In this document: positions 35,839 through 50,500 of the stretch, in pieces
How the letters are laid out: every line of letters starts with the position of its first letter
How positions within the stretch are numbered: the stretch's first letter is position 1
DNA from: Phoronis australis
Taxonomy: Eukaryota; Animalia; Phoronida
Length of the DNA stretch: 64,000 nt
Direction of reading: 5' to 3'
NCBI GenBank assembly: GCA_002633005.1
Contig: NMRA01000291.1
Location: 104,026 to 168,025 of the forward strand
Notes under the pieces: model-generated
The model's input: only the letters and a program-made list of their open reading frames with translations
Told to the model about the DNA's origin: nothing
Databases searched by the model: none
Made by a program: the position numbers and the translations under genes

Positions 35839-38800
35839 ATGATGGCTAAATCTCCAAGAAGCAAGGTATGTGTTGTAAAAGCAATACAGCGAGTGAATGA
35901 AATAAGTCTGTCACTGTCAGGTGGCTCTAACCACACAGGCCACAGGCACTTTCATCAGTCGCTCGCTTTTATGTAGATCTAGACCTACTATAATAATATA
36001 TTATTTATTATAGTGTTTTAAGAGCGGTTGACCAAAGGTGCTTATGACTCTGAGCTCCGAACACCTATCGGCCGGGTGCCCGAAATTTAATTTGCACTCA
36101 GCTGGTCGGATATAGCGGTCCCAGCCAGGTTTTGGGAACCACGCAATCACTTAATAACGGGCTCATTATTTAGTGGATGAAACTGGTTCTCAAATTCAGG
36201 GACAGCTATACCTGAACAGTAAATCTTTCAAATCAAATCAGGCCCCAGTTTTGATATTTTATGTTCCTCCTCACTATAAATGTTTCTGATTCTGTGTTCA
36301 TGTGAATCTTGCAAATTATACTTTAAGTTGGGCTCGAACGAGGGCTGAGGCCAGCTGGGCTCTCAGCTGGCCCGGTTCTATCAACTGATCAAGGCACCAT
36401 AAACTCTAACGCCTACTAGTAAGTTTCTAATTTTGAGTTTGAACTTGAGGACATATGCTTGAGTTGAATCTGGAGACCGAATTTTTGACCCAGGCAGAGA
36501 ATCAGATGGTTGAAAGTTTTAACTGTTGTCCAATGATGTTGTAGCCCAAGAGATGAAGTTTATCTTCATTTCACAATGGGATAGTTTTGCTTAAAATTTA
36601 AGTGCAGGAAACAAAACTAAGAATTTCATACATGGCCTCTCAAATCTTACACGGGGGTCTTGTTGTCAGTCTTGTAGTCTGACGGTGGTTTTGTGAATAA
36701 TTAACTTACATAAAGCCCGCCTCACTTTTTACCCGAGAGAATAAAGCAGCCTACTTATAACCATATTGGTTTTGTTTGTCAACTGGCTTTCTATTAAAAC
36801 TAAAAGCTAAAATCAGAAGTTAATTTCGGTTTGACAGGCTTAACACTTTTGGAATGTTTATGTGCTGAAATAAACTGCTCTTTATTACATTTACCTGAAT
36901 GTAACAATACTGATTATGCAATTGTGGAGTACAAGTGAGATTCAAGTGCTGTGGGCTTTTCATGTATAAAACCATTTTATAGTAGTAGCTGTATAAATTA
37001 ACGGCACTTGTACTTCAGGTTCCAGTTCAAAAGGAGCCGTGAGAACACTTACTAGTATTATTGGAAACCTGGCCTATTTCATGGCTCCTTGAACTGTATC
37101 AATAGATTTGTAGAAGAACTAGGGTTGTTAAGAAATAGGTTTATAAAGAATGCTCGTCCCCTCTGTGTAGAGCTAATCAGTTACCACATTAGCGTGACTT
37201 CAGAGCAATTTTTCAAGCTGTTTGGCTTCTCAAATTGAATTTCTCATTGAAAATTAGGTTATTATAATAGTGTACCTGATCTGGAGAAACATGATAAAAA
37301 TTTGTCATAACAGATGTGTCAAGTTTCGGTTCTCTGGTATCCGTTGATGAAAATGGTAATGTTACAATTGGTTTTAGTAACTTTGAACTGTGGTAGATAG
37401 TTGGCCTGCCAGTCATGATGGTGGACAAAAGATGGCAGGAATGCCTCAATTTGGAAGCCACTGTCTGGAGTTGAAGACTAACAGAATGAGGTTTTTGTAT
37501 TTTGTTTGTAAATCACCCTCTCTGGAAGTCTCTTAATACAGAGTGTTGACTTATTTTGAGCAATCTTCCGAGGAATTTACTTCCACATCTATATTAGCAA
37601 ACTATGAAAATTTTGTTTGCAAACATGACCAAACTCGGAATTTGCTGGTGTTTTGGAGAGTTTGGAGACAAGTAGTCTGTAAATAAACTTCTGCTAGCAA
37701 ACTCTGTCAAGCTGTTGGGTCATGCGTAGTAGAGTTTGGCTATATGTTTCAAATTTAGAAGGAATTATGTGAAGGAAAACAATATTTTTCAATGCAATCA
37801 AGAACAGCGAAAAGTGTAAAGTGCTCACAGTTGACCCGTTGTTGCTCAGAGGAGCCTTTGTTGCCAAGATACAGAGAAGCCTTGTCTATGATTTAGTACA
37901 ACATGGTTGAATACTGCACTGAATACCGTGACAGAGCATGTCATTACCTTCTTTAAGATTTGTGAATTTCTGTTATAAGCAAGCCAGGTTTAAAAAAATC
38001 TGAGAATGATAAAAGTAGGAAGTTTCGCCAAACTTCTTAAGTGAAAACTAGGAGCCATTTAGGTGAAAGTGAAACCATTAATACAAAAACGAGTCATGAA
38101 TGATATTCCGTTGACAAATTATGATTTACACGAAATTGATATATTTTGTATTTACTTTGTACGATTTCCAACTATGGCTGATTTAGCCCCCCCCCCTGAC
38201 CAAAGAGGGTCTGGCATTGTATAATCTGTTTTTAGAGCTGTTTCAACCATTTGTCCCGCGAAAGTTGTGGCAGAGAGTCTTTCACTACACCTTAGATACA
38301 AAGTATGCACTGGTAACCCCATGATTTTTGCCTCTTTGCTGATTGGCTATTGTCGTAATACTCTACTCAGCAAGTTTTCAAAAATGCATTGACCAAACTG
38401 GCAAACTGAGTTTGGTCCTGCTTAATGATCTGTCTTCATTGGGAAACTATTGTTTGGAAACTCGAGCAAACAGAAAATTAGCAGGTATAGACTGCGCTTC
38501 AGATTATTCAAGTTTAAATTGTTTAACGCTACTGGTTTATGATTGTTCATTATTATCAAAAATTTGTGAAATGCAAACTGAATTGAATTTGGTATGTGTG
38601 TGTAGGAAACATAATGTTGTTACTCCAGTTTGTACAATTACAAATTGCATGGTATTCATGTGGCCTTTGTTTTTGAAACTAATGGTTTTAGACGTCGAAA
38701 TGTACTGAATGAATTTTATGCGAATTTGCTATTGAGTACGCTTTGATAACTTCAACTATTTGCTGAAGTTTGTTTTGATCGTTTTTAGAAAGCTGAGCTC

Positions 38801-41800
38801 GCTGACATTCTGAATAAACTGCAGGAGAATGGCTTCGACTGTAAAGGAACTGATGAGAGCAAACTACTGCTGCTGTGGAAGATATATCTACAGTCAGAGG
38901 TATAATTGATGCTGAGCTCTTGATGGTGGACTGTATTCTGTTCTGTGTTGGCTGATAGATGATGTTTGATGTTTCCATTATTGTTAAAATAGGTCGCATG
39001 CTACAGTGATTTATAGCTAGTTTTATCAGCTATGTTCTTTATTCTATAGCCCAATGTACCTTTTGTATGGATAGATTTTATCATTTGAATAGCCCTAGCT
39101 GCTGTTCACATTGATTTTGTATGTGGTCATTTGTTGTGATTTCATGTTGTTCACATTCTAGAAGAATAACATTGGACGGCAGTGCCCAACATTTCAATTA
39201 GAAACCCTAAAGGCAACTCAATAAATTCTGGTACCCTCGGGCACCAGAGTGCAGACATACTTGTTTAATGGGTCAGATAGTTGGGTACGTAGTTTTACAT
39301 AGAGAGCTACTAAAGCTTACCACAATATGTTAGATTTTGCAAAATCTTTTCTATGAAAATTTATTTTTTTGAAAGGATGTTTGAGTTATACAGAGTGAAG
39401 TTCTAAATTTTTGTAATTGTGGCTAAATAAATTCAATGGTTCAAATTAGTTCATGGCAAAGGATCCTATTTGTACCTTGAAAAGGTTTTAAGTTTTCTTG
39501 TAGGTAATGAATTTGAATAAGCATTAAGGTTTGTTGGCACAGACTCATTTCTTTGCTCTCAGTGTAAATATTTAACACTTTAGATAGTGAATGTTGATTT
39601 TAAAGTTAACCTGTGGTTCACTGTTCTATTTTATGGCAAAGCGCCAATTACGAGGTGTTCTCTCATGTAAAATAATTTACAGTCGAACGTGACATTTTCA
39701 TAGCTTGGGAGAAAAAATACTATACAATTTATTTTGCTTCGAAGATAATGGAAACTGCAATTGGAGGCCTTACTTCTAATGTTTGATGAGGGCATTCTTG
39801 TAGTTTACCTGTACATACTATGACTGTTAGTGATCTATTTCAAAATCTGCGTGTCTGGTTTTTCTGATTAACTTAGTCGCATAAATTTTAATTAAAACTG
39901 TATTAGATGGTGACAAGTTTTGAGCGCTTTTATTTATAATTGGCTTTTAGCATTTTGATGTCGTTTACAAGCAATTTTAATTTTATATAAAAATGCACTT
40001 AGTTTGTTCAGTATAGCATGGTAAAATATCGCCAATTTACGATACAATGTGGCAGACAAATGAAATTTTTTTGTTTTGTTTTTTTTTCATAAAACATGTA
40101 GCTCATAGGTAATGCTTTTCCATGTTCAAATTCTATACCATATCTGCCACTTGATGAACATTTTGAAAAATTGTGACCATTCTCTACAATGTTGGAAGCC
40201 CTTGAAAATTTAAAAAAGAGCTATTGTAGAAAAGTTTTGTCTGAATAGGTGAGATTTTTACCGTTCTGTAATTGATATGTATCTCACCTAATTTAATGCA
40301 CAGAAAATGAATTGGTGTAATTTACCTCTGTTGCACACATTTATTTGGTGATGATTCTGAACCTCTCTAGGCACACCACTAGTGTGTACTCTTTTAGTCA
40401 CTTTATCAAAATTCCCACATCAGTAGTGTAAGCAACAATTCTTACTGGAGAACGTTTTTTACAATCAAAGTTAATCAACTCAACTGGTAATCAAGTACAG
40501 TTTGTGTGTAATTCTTGATTTCTGTCTTATCCTGTTCTTCTGACACTTAAGCACAAAATGAACTTGCCAATTCAAGTTAAATATCATTTTTTCAGAATGC
40601 CATAATCACCTTTAATTTTAGATATGCCATATAGATATATACCAAATCTTTGTTATAAGGAGGTTGAATTTATGTGTGGAAATGTTATTCAAATCTGTTA
40701 AGTCAAACGTGCTGAATAAATTTAAGGCTCATGTCCCATCAAAATTACTTTTAGTCCTCTACCAACTTGCATTTTACTTTTGTTTGTATGTAGTCTGTCT
40801 GTAATAAGTTTTAAATTGAAAACTTGTGTATGCATTTTGGTGAAATGTTCGTTAGAATCTGAAAGTGGACTAAGGTCCATTCAAAGGTTGCTGAATGAAC
40901 ATCAGCTTAAGGACTCGTAAACCGGGACGTTTTTTTTACAATTGTGAGATGGAGTTGGCAAGTTAACATTTTAGCTTGTAGGTGTATAAGGCTTTCACTA
41001 TAATAATAGTTTATTCAAGTTAGAACACAAAATGATGAGGATGGAAGATTTACTTTATTGTGACAACTGTTTGTCACCAGGTCATTGAAAGCATCATTTT
41101 GAAGATTACAATACCTTTAAAAGATGGAAAAGTGACAGCTTAGGCAATTATTTTTATTGAAGATTAACTTAGAATATTACCATAATCACATGATGAGGAT
41201 TTTGCAGTACATTGTGTGACTTGTGTATCCTACACGTTCGTTTTAGTTCATGTTGAAATCTGTCACTGTGTGTAAAGTAATTCTTCACTAGTTTTGGAAA
41301 AAATAATTGTCAAAATGACTGTTCTTTTATTTTTTGAATGTTGAGTACATTTCTGTAAACAGTGAAAATTTTTACCAAGGTCTGCTTTGTAACATATGCA
41401 GAGTACAGACTATAGTAATTGTATACTAAAGTTTTATTAAAATTTGTTTTTATCGACAAATTTGACAAAATAAAATTTCACTTGTCTTGCATATTGTGTG
41501 CTAAATTGGTGAGGAATTACATTGATTTTTGAAAATGATTTTTGATTTTGTTTTTCACCAGGGTAGTCTCAAGTCAGCCCTTGACAACATTGAGCAGCTG
41601 CGTAAACAGCAAGCGGAAGAAATGCAGGAAGTTGAAAACTACGTCGAACATATACGCAGTCTGTCGGATGAAAGAGAGGCACTCACCCTTGAGTTTGAGC
41701 AGGAAAATGAACAACTAAAACATGAAATTGATCAGCTCAAGCAAGAAATCAACAGTAGGCTCACTTTGTTGTTTAGATTTGTCAGGGTGTTGTATCACAT

Positions 41801-44474
41801 GACTTGATTATTTGTTTCACCTGTGCGAAGACTTTTAAGTGTGAATAAACACTTTGTATTGCTAGTCCCACATCACTTGATGCATGAGTAAAAAATATCA
41901 ACATGATTGCAAATATGAGACGAGGCAACGTTTGGATTTTTTTTACTTCACCGCTTCATAGGACCCATTCATATTGTGAAATCAAAACACTTGAACACAG
42001 CAATGGGAACGACTACATGCCATCCTCTTTGAAGTATGAAAACTGAAAGTAAAAGTTTCTCAAACTAGATTTTGAAGTTGTAATGGTTTAGCCCGACTCA
42101 GTACTTTTCACGCTGTGTTTCATTGAAACAGGCGGCCATAACTCTGAGACGAGGGAAATGCTTCTTCAACAAGGATTAGACGACATTGCGGAGGGAACGA
42201 CTAGTGAACAGGTCGCTTACCTGTTAGTAGAAAGAGCTCGGCTCTTGGACGAGCTGGAAGCTGAAATGCAAAAAAATCAGCAGACCGGTACAACGGGACT
42301 AACCGAAGAACAAGTGGAAATGATCGTCAAGGCTGAAAGAGGTTTGTTGGCTGTAGTTATAATGATCGCTAAGGCTGAGAGGTTTGTTGGCTGTAGTTAT
42401 GATCGTCAAGGCTGAGAGAGGTTTGTGGGCTGGAGTTATAGTCCACATGTCTCAGGAAATGTTCATGAAGGCTGAGAGAGGTTTGTTGGCTGTAGTTATA
42501 ATTCACATGTTTCAGGAAATGATCGTCAAGGCTGAGAGAGGTTTGTTGATTGTAGTTATAATTCGCATGTCTCAGGAAAGCTGAACTGAATTGAACATGC
42601 TTGTTACTGGGAAGTTTCTTTTCTTTCAAACCACATTCATTACAACACGCGGTGATTGAGATTCTCTATAATTTTGATTCCAAGGCTTTCATATTTCTGG
42701 AGTAATGTTAGAGAGATAATATCACAATTAAATATACAGGCATTTTTTAGTTTTTACTTGTTCAATCTCGAGTTTGAAATGTAAGGGTCATCAAGTGCAA
42801 AGACACTCATGTGAATCAGAGTAAATTCAAGAGTAAAATAATAGATTCTTATTGAGTTAGCGTTAAAAATAAAACAAATATCAAAAATAATTTTGAATCC
42901 AGAGATTAGACCCTGGCCCCTGTTCACCAGCTAGGGCAAGGGTTCCACGTGACTTAAATACACGTGTGTTGTAGTGGTTGAGACTGTTGTTTCACTATTG
43001 CCACTTAGTGAATTTAAGAGTTCGCTGCAGTAATAGTGTCGCTTGTCTACATCATATGTGTATCGTTTATTTGTGTTTAGCCGAGTTTGAAAAGGAGCTG
43101 GCTCAGGAACAGCAGAGTATGAAACTGGTGAAACAGCAGCTTCAGGAGAAGTTTGATGGACAGTTGGTGGAGGTGACGACGAGGGCTAGGAGGGCTGAGG
43201 AAGAGTTGGAGAGTGCCAAAAATAAGGTGGGATAAAATTAGTTAAGTTTACGCACTAGGATCATGTTGACAAGTCTATGTATATAGCCAAATATCTAGAT
43301 TATAGCTGATGTTTTGTGAAAGAAGAAAGCCTGTAGAATTTGATTTTTGATTTTATACCGATCTGCCATTAATTGGGTCATGGGATCTTGTCTTTTTAGT
43401 AAAATTTAACAAAAAAGGAAGGTACATTCAGAGCAAAATGACGGTATCAATTACATGACCAAATTTCATTTGATGTAGATGCTCAAGATGAAATCTCAAA
43501 AATGGTGTCAGCGTTTGCTAAATTATTTCATTTTCCGTTTAAGCAACTTTTGATTTTTTTTGTGAAATCCCTAAAAGTTTTATTTTTAATAACTCCTCAT
43601 GCAAAAGCGAAACATTTTAAAAACAATTCCTAACAAGGTTTTGGAGAACAATGTATAAATCATAGCAAATTAAAGTTTCATTTGAATCTGATCGGCCATT
43701 TTTAAGACACGATGACATTTTTCTATTGTTCTACAGAACCATAAAGTGGTACAGACGTGGACTACTGAATAAGTTCTGTTGACTGACTTAAGTAAAATTC
43801 TGATTTCTCAGCTGACCAAAGTTCCTTGACATTGTTGTAAGGAAACTCCAGCACGCCATCTGCAGGTCAGATTGTCGAACAACTTGCAGGGTATTGTTTA
43901 TTTTTGGAGATAACTTTCATTATGTAATTGAACTGAAAGCTGTCAGTTGCATGCTTTCACCAGTGATACAATGAACTCAGAGGTGTGGCAAATGCTTGAT
44001 TTTCTGGAAATGGGAATAAAAATGATTTGTTAATTTAAAAAGATTGGTTCTGTTATGTTGCTGGAATATGGTATGTAGATCCTGACACTCCTTTTGGTTT
44101 TCTAGATTGTACATTTAGAATTTGAAAAAGAAGAGATCAAGTGTTCACTAGAGCATGAAAAACAAACCAATGCATCGAGTCATTCAAAGGAGCTTGAAAA
44201 GGCTCGAGAGGAGAAGAAAACTGCACAGCAAGAAATACTGGTTGTGAAAGGGAAAATTAAGACTTTGGAGACTAACAACCAAGCTTTGGAAGAAACCGTT
44301 AGTGCATTCTGTTATTTTTATGTTATGTGCAAGGTATCTTTAAGAAGTGCGCTCTTGTCATGCATTATTGTCCTGTCTCTTTAAGTGCTATTATTATTAT
44401 TATTATTGTGATCAATATAATGAGTATGATAATTTTTATTATTCTTACTTACTACTTTTATTATTTTATTATTA

Positions 44475-44517
<43 letters not shown>

Positions 44518-47500
44518 GTGCCTGTCAAATGTCTTGCATAAATATACAGGTGAATATACCTACGGTTCTCTTCTATGACAAGTTACTCTATTTCTTCTAT
44601 ATGTGACTGTTTACTTGTGCATTGTTGTGTCTCTTTTGTCCATCACTTAGTACCTTTCATTCAAATGTTATTATGGAGCTGAATACGCATCATTCTACGA
44701 TTCTGTACTGATCGCATGAGCTACACACAAGTATGGTATTATTACCACTGCCAGTGCTGTTACTGCTGGTCTTATTATATCAAAGAATCTGAGCTTAGAA
44801 CAGTATTGTCGTAAAAGTTCTTGTCTCTAGAAGTCATTACGGTCAGTGACAATGTTTCAGTTACAACACAGCTGTGATTGACATCTATTCAGACAGTTTC
44901 TCTTTTTGTTTAGTGTCGGGAACTCTTATCGATGGTAGACTCAGGGGCAGAGTGTTTACATATTTCAAATTAAAAGTACACAATTTTATTTGCTAATTAC
45001 TTTGTTTCACAGGCAGCTCAACTAACTGTTGAACTGAAACATGAGAAGGAAAGACTCAACAAAGAACTGTCGGAGAAAGACAGCGAGATTTCCCGACTGA
45101 AAGCTGACTGTGATAAACTTCATCAAACTATCAGCAGTTTGGAGGTATCTCTTGAACTGATTACGGTTTAACTTGTTCAGTTTTGGGACGTGTTATGGCA
45201 GAATTGTATTTTGTTACGTTAGTAAGTAGAAATAAGTATTAAGATGAGTTTGCGTCATTGTTTGAATTTAAAAACTGTTACCAAGCAACATTTGGTACAG
45301 CTGTGAGCAGTGTAAGTTTGTATGAATAATTCAGGTGAATTTGTTTTCATTTTCGACTTTAATTTGTTGTAATAGCCACTGCTACTAATCATTTCAGGCT
45401 GATGTTTCTAGTTTAGAAGGCAACTGTAAGTCTCTTCAGATGAAGGTGGAGTTCGCTCAAAAAGACTTGGAAGAAGCCAAGAACAGAGAAAGGGAATTTC
45501 TTGAGAGAAAAGTTAGTATATTATCAATGCTATTAATTTTATTTATGAATATTCTACTATTGTAGCAGGATTTGAAAGAAATAGTAATGGTGATTTATTA
45601 GTCCAGCTGTTTAGTAGTGAAATGACATCTAAACATTATTTCACGTTTCAGTATAATTATATCATAGCAGTCTTTTTGAAATATTTTGATATTACGTTGC
45701 TTTTTTGATGGAAACAATAGCAGTTGGTTACCATGATTCAAAAAGTATGGCTTGGCACCATCCCGCTTCATTGGCCATTTTTGGTGCAACACCAGAATTA
45801 GTGAAAAGAGTTGCCTTTTATATTAATCCTGTTCGCCCTAAAAACAAACTAAGATTGATATTGTTAAAAGGTGGTGAAACTTGTTTTATCAAGAATTGTT
45901 TTTATTGAAGTAGAAAGGGTATTTGTAAATAAATGCCTTTATTATGATAGTGAATTAGACAACGAGCTGTTTCATTTCTCGATCCATGTTAAATTTTGTG
46001 TGTTGCAGAAACTGGCACTTGACAACGGAATTAAACTGGTACTCGAGTTTTGTCACATGTTTCAAATTTGCTTCGCTTTGCACAACTTTATTGCCATAAG
46101 CAGTATTTCTGTTCAGTGCGCTTTTGAATTTAATTAGCCACATTTATTAGACGAGGGCATTCACCTGATCATAATTTATTAGCAGGTGTGTACAATGAAC
46201 AGTAATGTAATTTTAGTTGAAACACTAACAATTAGCTGTTTACTTCATATTAGATTTAAAGATGTTTATTTCACATTAGTAAAATTTAACCTCTGCACTC
46301 ATGTACAGCAAATAAAGAGGTTAAATATTGCCTGTTTAGTAAAGGTGGTCACATATGATGCAGCATGGATTGTGGGTATTGTCTGATAAGAAGTTGTAGA
46401 GTCATGTCTGGTGCTGCCATCAATTTCATTCATGTTGGACAATAGTTGCTGGGCGTGACCAAAGCTTCACCATGTGTGGAGGTTATGCATTCCATTAGTC
46501 TCATCTCATTTTCTCCATATGGCTGTTAGAGTATAACTAGTTTGGTGTCGTGTCATCTGATCGCATGACACTAGCTTTGCAGGGTAGGAAAGATGTATCT
46601 GGGGCAGAACTATGCAGCCACAGCCATGCAGGAATTGGGGGCACAGGAATTGTGATTAGCATAAAATGATGCACAGGTGTACTCGAAGCACAAAAGAAAT
46701 TGAGAGCAGTGGGATATTCAGCACTTCATACAACAACAACCAGCTCCACCTGGTGTACTGTTTAACCATGAGTCTTGGTTATGATTTGACTACAAACATT
46801 CTTATTTTGTATTTTAGCCCAAAGATGAAGAAGTGGAGCTCAAATACCGAGATGAGATTGATCAGTTGTCTTCCAGAAATCAGGAGCTAACAATCGAGTT
46901 GACCAGTGTGGAGGATAAATTAGCTGCCGAGATGAAACAAAAGGTGGCACTGGAAGAGAAATTACCGCATAATGAAAGGACTATAGATCGGCTGCAGAAG
47001 GAATTGTCGAGTAAAGAAAAGGAACTGAGCGTGACTAATGCCGAGTTCAAAAATGAGAAAACTACAAGAAGGAATGTCGAGAGAGAATTGGAGTGTAGTC
47101 TGGACAGGGTGAAGGAATTAGAGGGTGAAATAGCTAACCACCAGTCAGTGGTTTCTGAATTGAAAATGGCAAAGGATGCATTGGAAAAGGAGATCTTTCT
47201 TCGGAAAGAGTTAGAAAATAAAGTGGAATCTTCCAAGAGTGCAAAGCTTGAGCTGGAAAAGGTTTCAAAGGACAAGGAATTGCTAACCAATGAAGTAAGA
47301 TCACTTGAAGAAGATCTGAGGACAACGAAAATACAGCTCAACAGTGTGGAGTCTGAGTTAAGGGCTTCTAAAGATCAACTGGAGTTGGCATCTCAGAAGG
47401 ACTCCGACGCGGCCGCGATTACCAAAAAGTTTAATCACCTGAAGGAGAAATATGATGTGGAGAAGCAGACACGGCAGGAGTCAGATGTACAGGTGGAGAT

Positions 47501-50500
47501 AATGCAAGAACAGATAAAGCAGAAGGGGGATGAGATGGAGGCGAAGAACATGTCTCTTAATGTACAGGTAGGACTCATGTGATTGATACCACAAAGTTGT
47601 GTGCTGTGTCAGCACATTTAGTTGTGTTAAGGTACTAATAAGATGTCTCCGTTATAAAGGATGGGATTTGTTGAATAGTTCTTTTAAGTTGTAGTAGTTG
47701 GGGCTAAAACTATGTATTTTTAATGTCCTTGATGGTCACAGAATCTTATGTGCATGAAAGCAATACCTAGATGTTCATGATCACACCATTTTGTTGTTTC
47801 TAGAAAACGTGATTTTTCATATAAGTCGCCAAATTTTCCTCAGACACAATTTTTTTCACACGAAACTTGCAAATTCTGTATCTTTATTCTATTAGTGACA
47901 AAGCATGAGAGCTCAGCAGTCAAAGATCAAGATTTCTTTTCTTTCAAGGAATGATAATGTTCTCATTTTTGACAGCTGAATTTCCTGCGAAAAAAATCAT
48001 GTTTGTGGGAATGACGACGATCTTAGTGAAAAATAAAAATTTTTGAGGGAAAAATGCAGTCACACAATTTCTAACATCTGGGCATTATTTTTGTGCTTGT
48101 AAACAGATTAAATATATATTATTACATAATCTCAGTTGTTATCACCCTTGTCTAGAGCCCTCAAATCCGACCTCGGGTTCCCGCCAAAATGTTTATCAAC
48201 ACGCGCTAATTTACAAAATGAGTGAATCAATGGTTGTAGTGGCGATGTCAGGCTTATTGTGAGGTATAATATGTCATCATCAAGGCCTTGATAGCTTTAT
48301 GGACTTACTAATACCCAAGTTATTTAAGAAATTTGATGCTTGGTAGCGAGGATATCCTATTACCTTGAATTTCTGATTCATGGGACATGTTGGTGTTCTT
48401 CATCTTAGAAAAATGTGCCTGACAATATCAGGCAATTCCTTGTAATAACTGTAACACCACTGCCCAATCAACATAACTTAACCTCAGGGAACCTTGTTTA
48501 GAAGGCTATATATGTAGAATTGTATTATGCACAGTGTTGATGAATCATTTGCTTTTTGAACATTGCTGAACAAAATTTTGTAACATTTATTTTCTAAAAC
48601 TTGTATTACCATTACTTTATTTTTCTAGTGGAGCTTAACACTTTGTTAGAACCTGTGTCTCTTGTCATAAATTATATTTCCCCCTCATTATGTAATCCAG
48701 ATCGAAGACTTACAAGACAAACTTTCTGCTTCGAAAAACAAGCTAGCTGACAACAGCAAGAAACATGAAGAGTCTACCAAAGAGCTACAGCAGGTACTGG
48801 TGTGGTAAACATGTTAGAAATCAACCCACGCTGCACACACATAACTTGGCCATACAGCTTATATGACATGTGTGTTGGGACCTGCATGTGTTTCAGCGGC
48901 AAGGATTGTTTTGTTTTGATTTCATATCTTTGCAAAAAGTTAGGTCAAGTGCTGCAAAAAGCGGAATTCATTCTGCGTTTTCTCTATGACAGTATGTACT
49001 ATGCCTGGACACCAGCTCATTAGTGGCATTTGTCGTATGTTAGAATAAAAGACTGTCTCATCCACATCACAGCAGTATGCTAATCTTGGCTTAAATTTGC
49101 AATAAACCTGCACCCTCTCTCAAAGAATCTACTTATTATTTGGGTCATTTATCGGAACAAAATTGGTTTCACCTTGCAGTTCAGGTTAGTAATAATTTCT
49201 AGGGTTGAGAAAAGTTGTTAGTTTATTATTGTTTCTGACCAGGCTCATTAAATTGCTTGTCATGACGTTAGTTTCAGCTAACGAAGCAGTGTGACCACCA
49301 CTGGAGCTTGAGTGGTTTTATTGGAACCAGTTTCAATTCAAACAGAGAATCAGAAATTGATGGTGTTGGTTTGGAAGAACATTATGCACCTGTGAAAAAC
49401 AGCAGATTTTGACAAAGAAATGTGGTATATACCAGCCTCGGTGTTAACCAATACACACTATTTTAGTGCCCACCAAATTCTGTTGAGAGTTTTTTAAAAC
49501 ACCACTGAGATTTCAGTGTAAAACAATACACACTTATCTATTTTAGTGCCTGTCAAATTCTGTTGAGAGCTTTTTAAAACACTGATATTTCAGTGTAAAA
49601 CAATACACACTATTTTAATGCCTGTCAAATTCTGTTGAGCGCTTTTTAAAACACTGAGATTTCAGTGTAAAACAATACGCACTATTTTAGTGCCAGTCAA
49701 ATTCTGTTGAGAACTTTGTAAAACACTGAGATTATTGAGACTTCACTGTGCCACAAATTTTGCACACCCTCTAAATTACTACACCAATTTTTAATCCAAG
49801 GTTCTTATTGATCGTGGTCATCATGCGAGTGTCTGGCAAGTTCAATCTCCCTATACTGAGTACTTGAAAGAAGTTTAATCACAACTTGCATTGTTACTCA
49901 CTTTCCTCAAACTACTGATAGAGTTATAGAATCTCAGCTTTTGTATAGTTTATTGATCTATAGATTCATTTCTATCTAGGGAATTTTAAGTAAACAATAG
50001 GATCTCTTATACTCTGCTGCTATTGATACATAAAGACATTGAAGTGAACTGTCACTAAGCAAATTTTTCTACAGTCATATTGTTGTAATGGCTCTGATTT
50101 TCATTCGCTGAACATCAGTTTTCATTAGTTGTGGTTACTCTGCAGATTTTAACAGGCGATTGTCATGTCTGTGAAAGCTGTGGCATTGTCTACCGTCAAG
50201 GCTACGTGACTAGGAAAATCCATTTCCCACAAAGTGAGCCCACAAACTACCGTAGGTTTTACGAGATGTTATTGGCTAGACTGTGCATTTAGCCTTGTAG
50301 TTTTGTTTTCGACCTTGTGACCTAATATGTTTGACCTTTGTCAGAGGTTAGCCGAGGCCGAGGCTGAAAGAAGTCTTCTACAGCAGAAGATCAAACAGCT
50401 GGAGTGTGAATCTAGTGGACTCAACAATAGCAGCAGCAGTCAGTGTGATGAAGCTAACAGTGTATGTACTGTCATAAATTATATGTCATGTAACACTTGG

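Noticed and set aside
44327-44578. Poly-Ile and poly-Tyr ORFs
   Set aside because: Translations of the (TAT)n microsatellite.
46880-47341. 153-aa Ser/Leu/Phe-rich minus-strand ORF
   Set aside because: Antisense shadow of the 750-nt coiled-coil exon.
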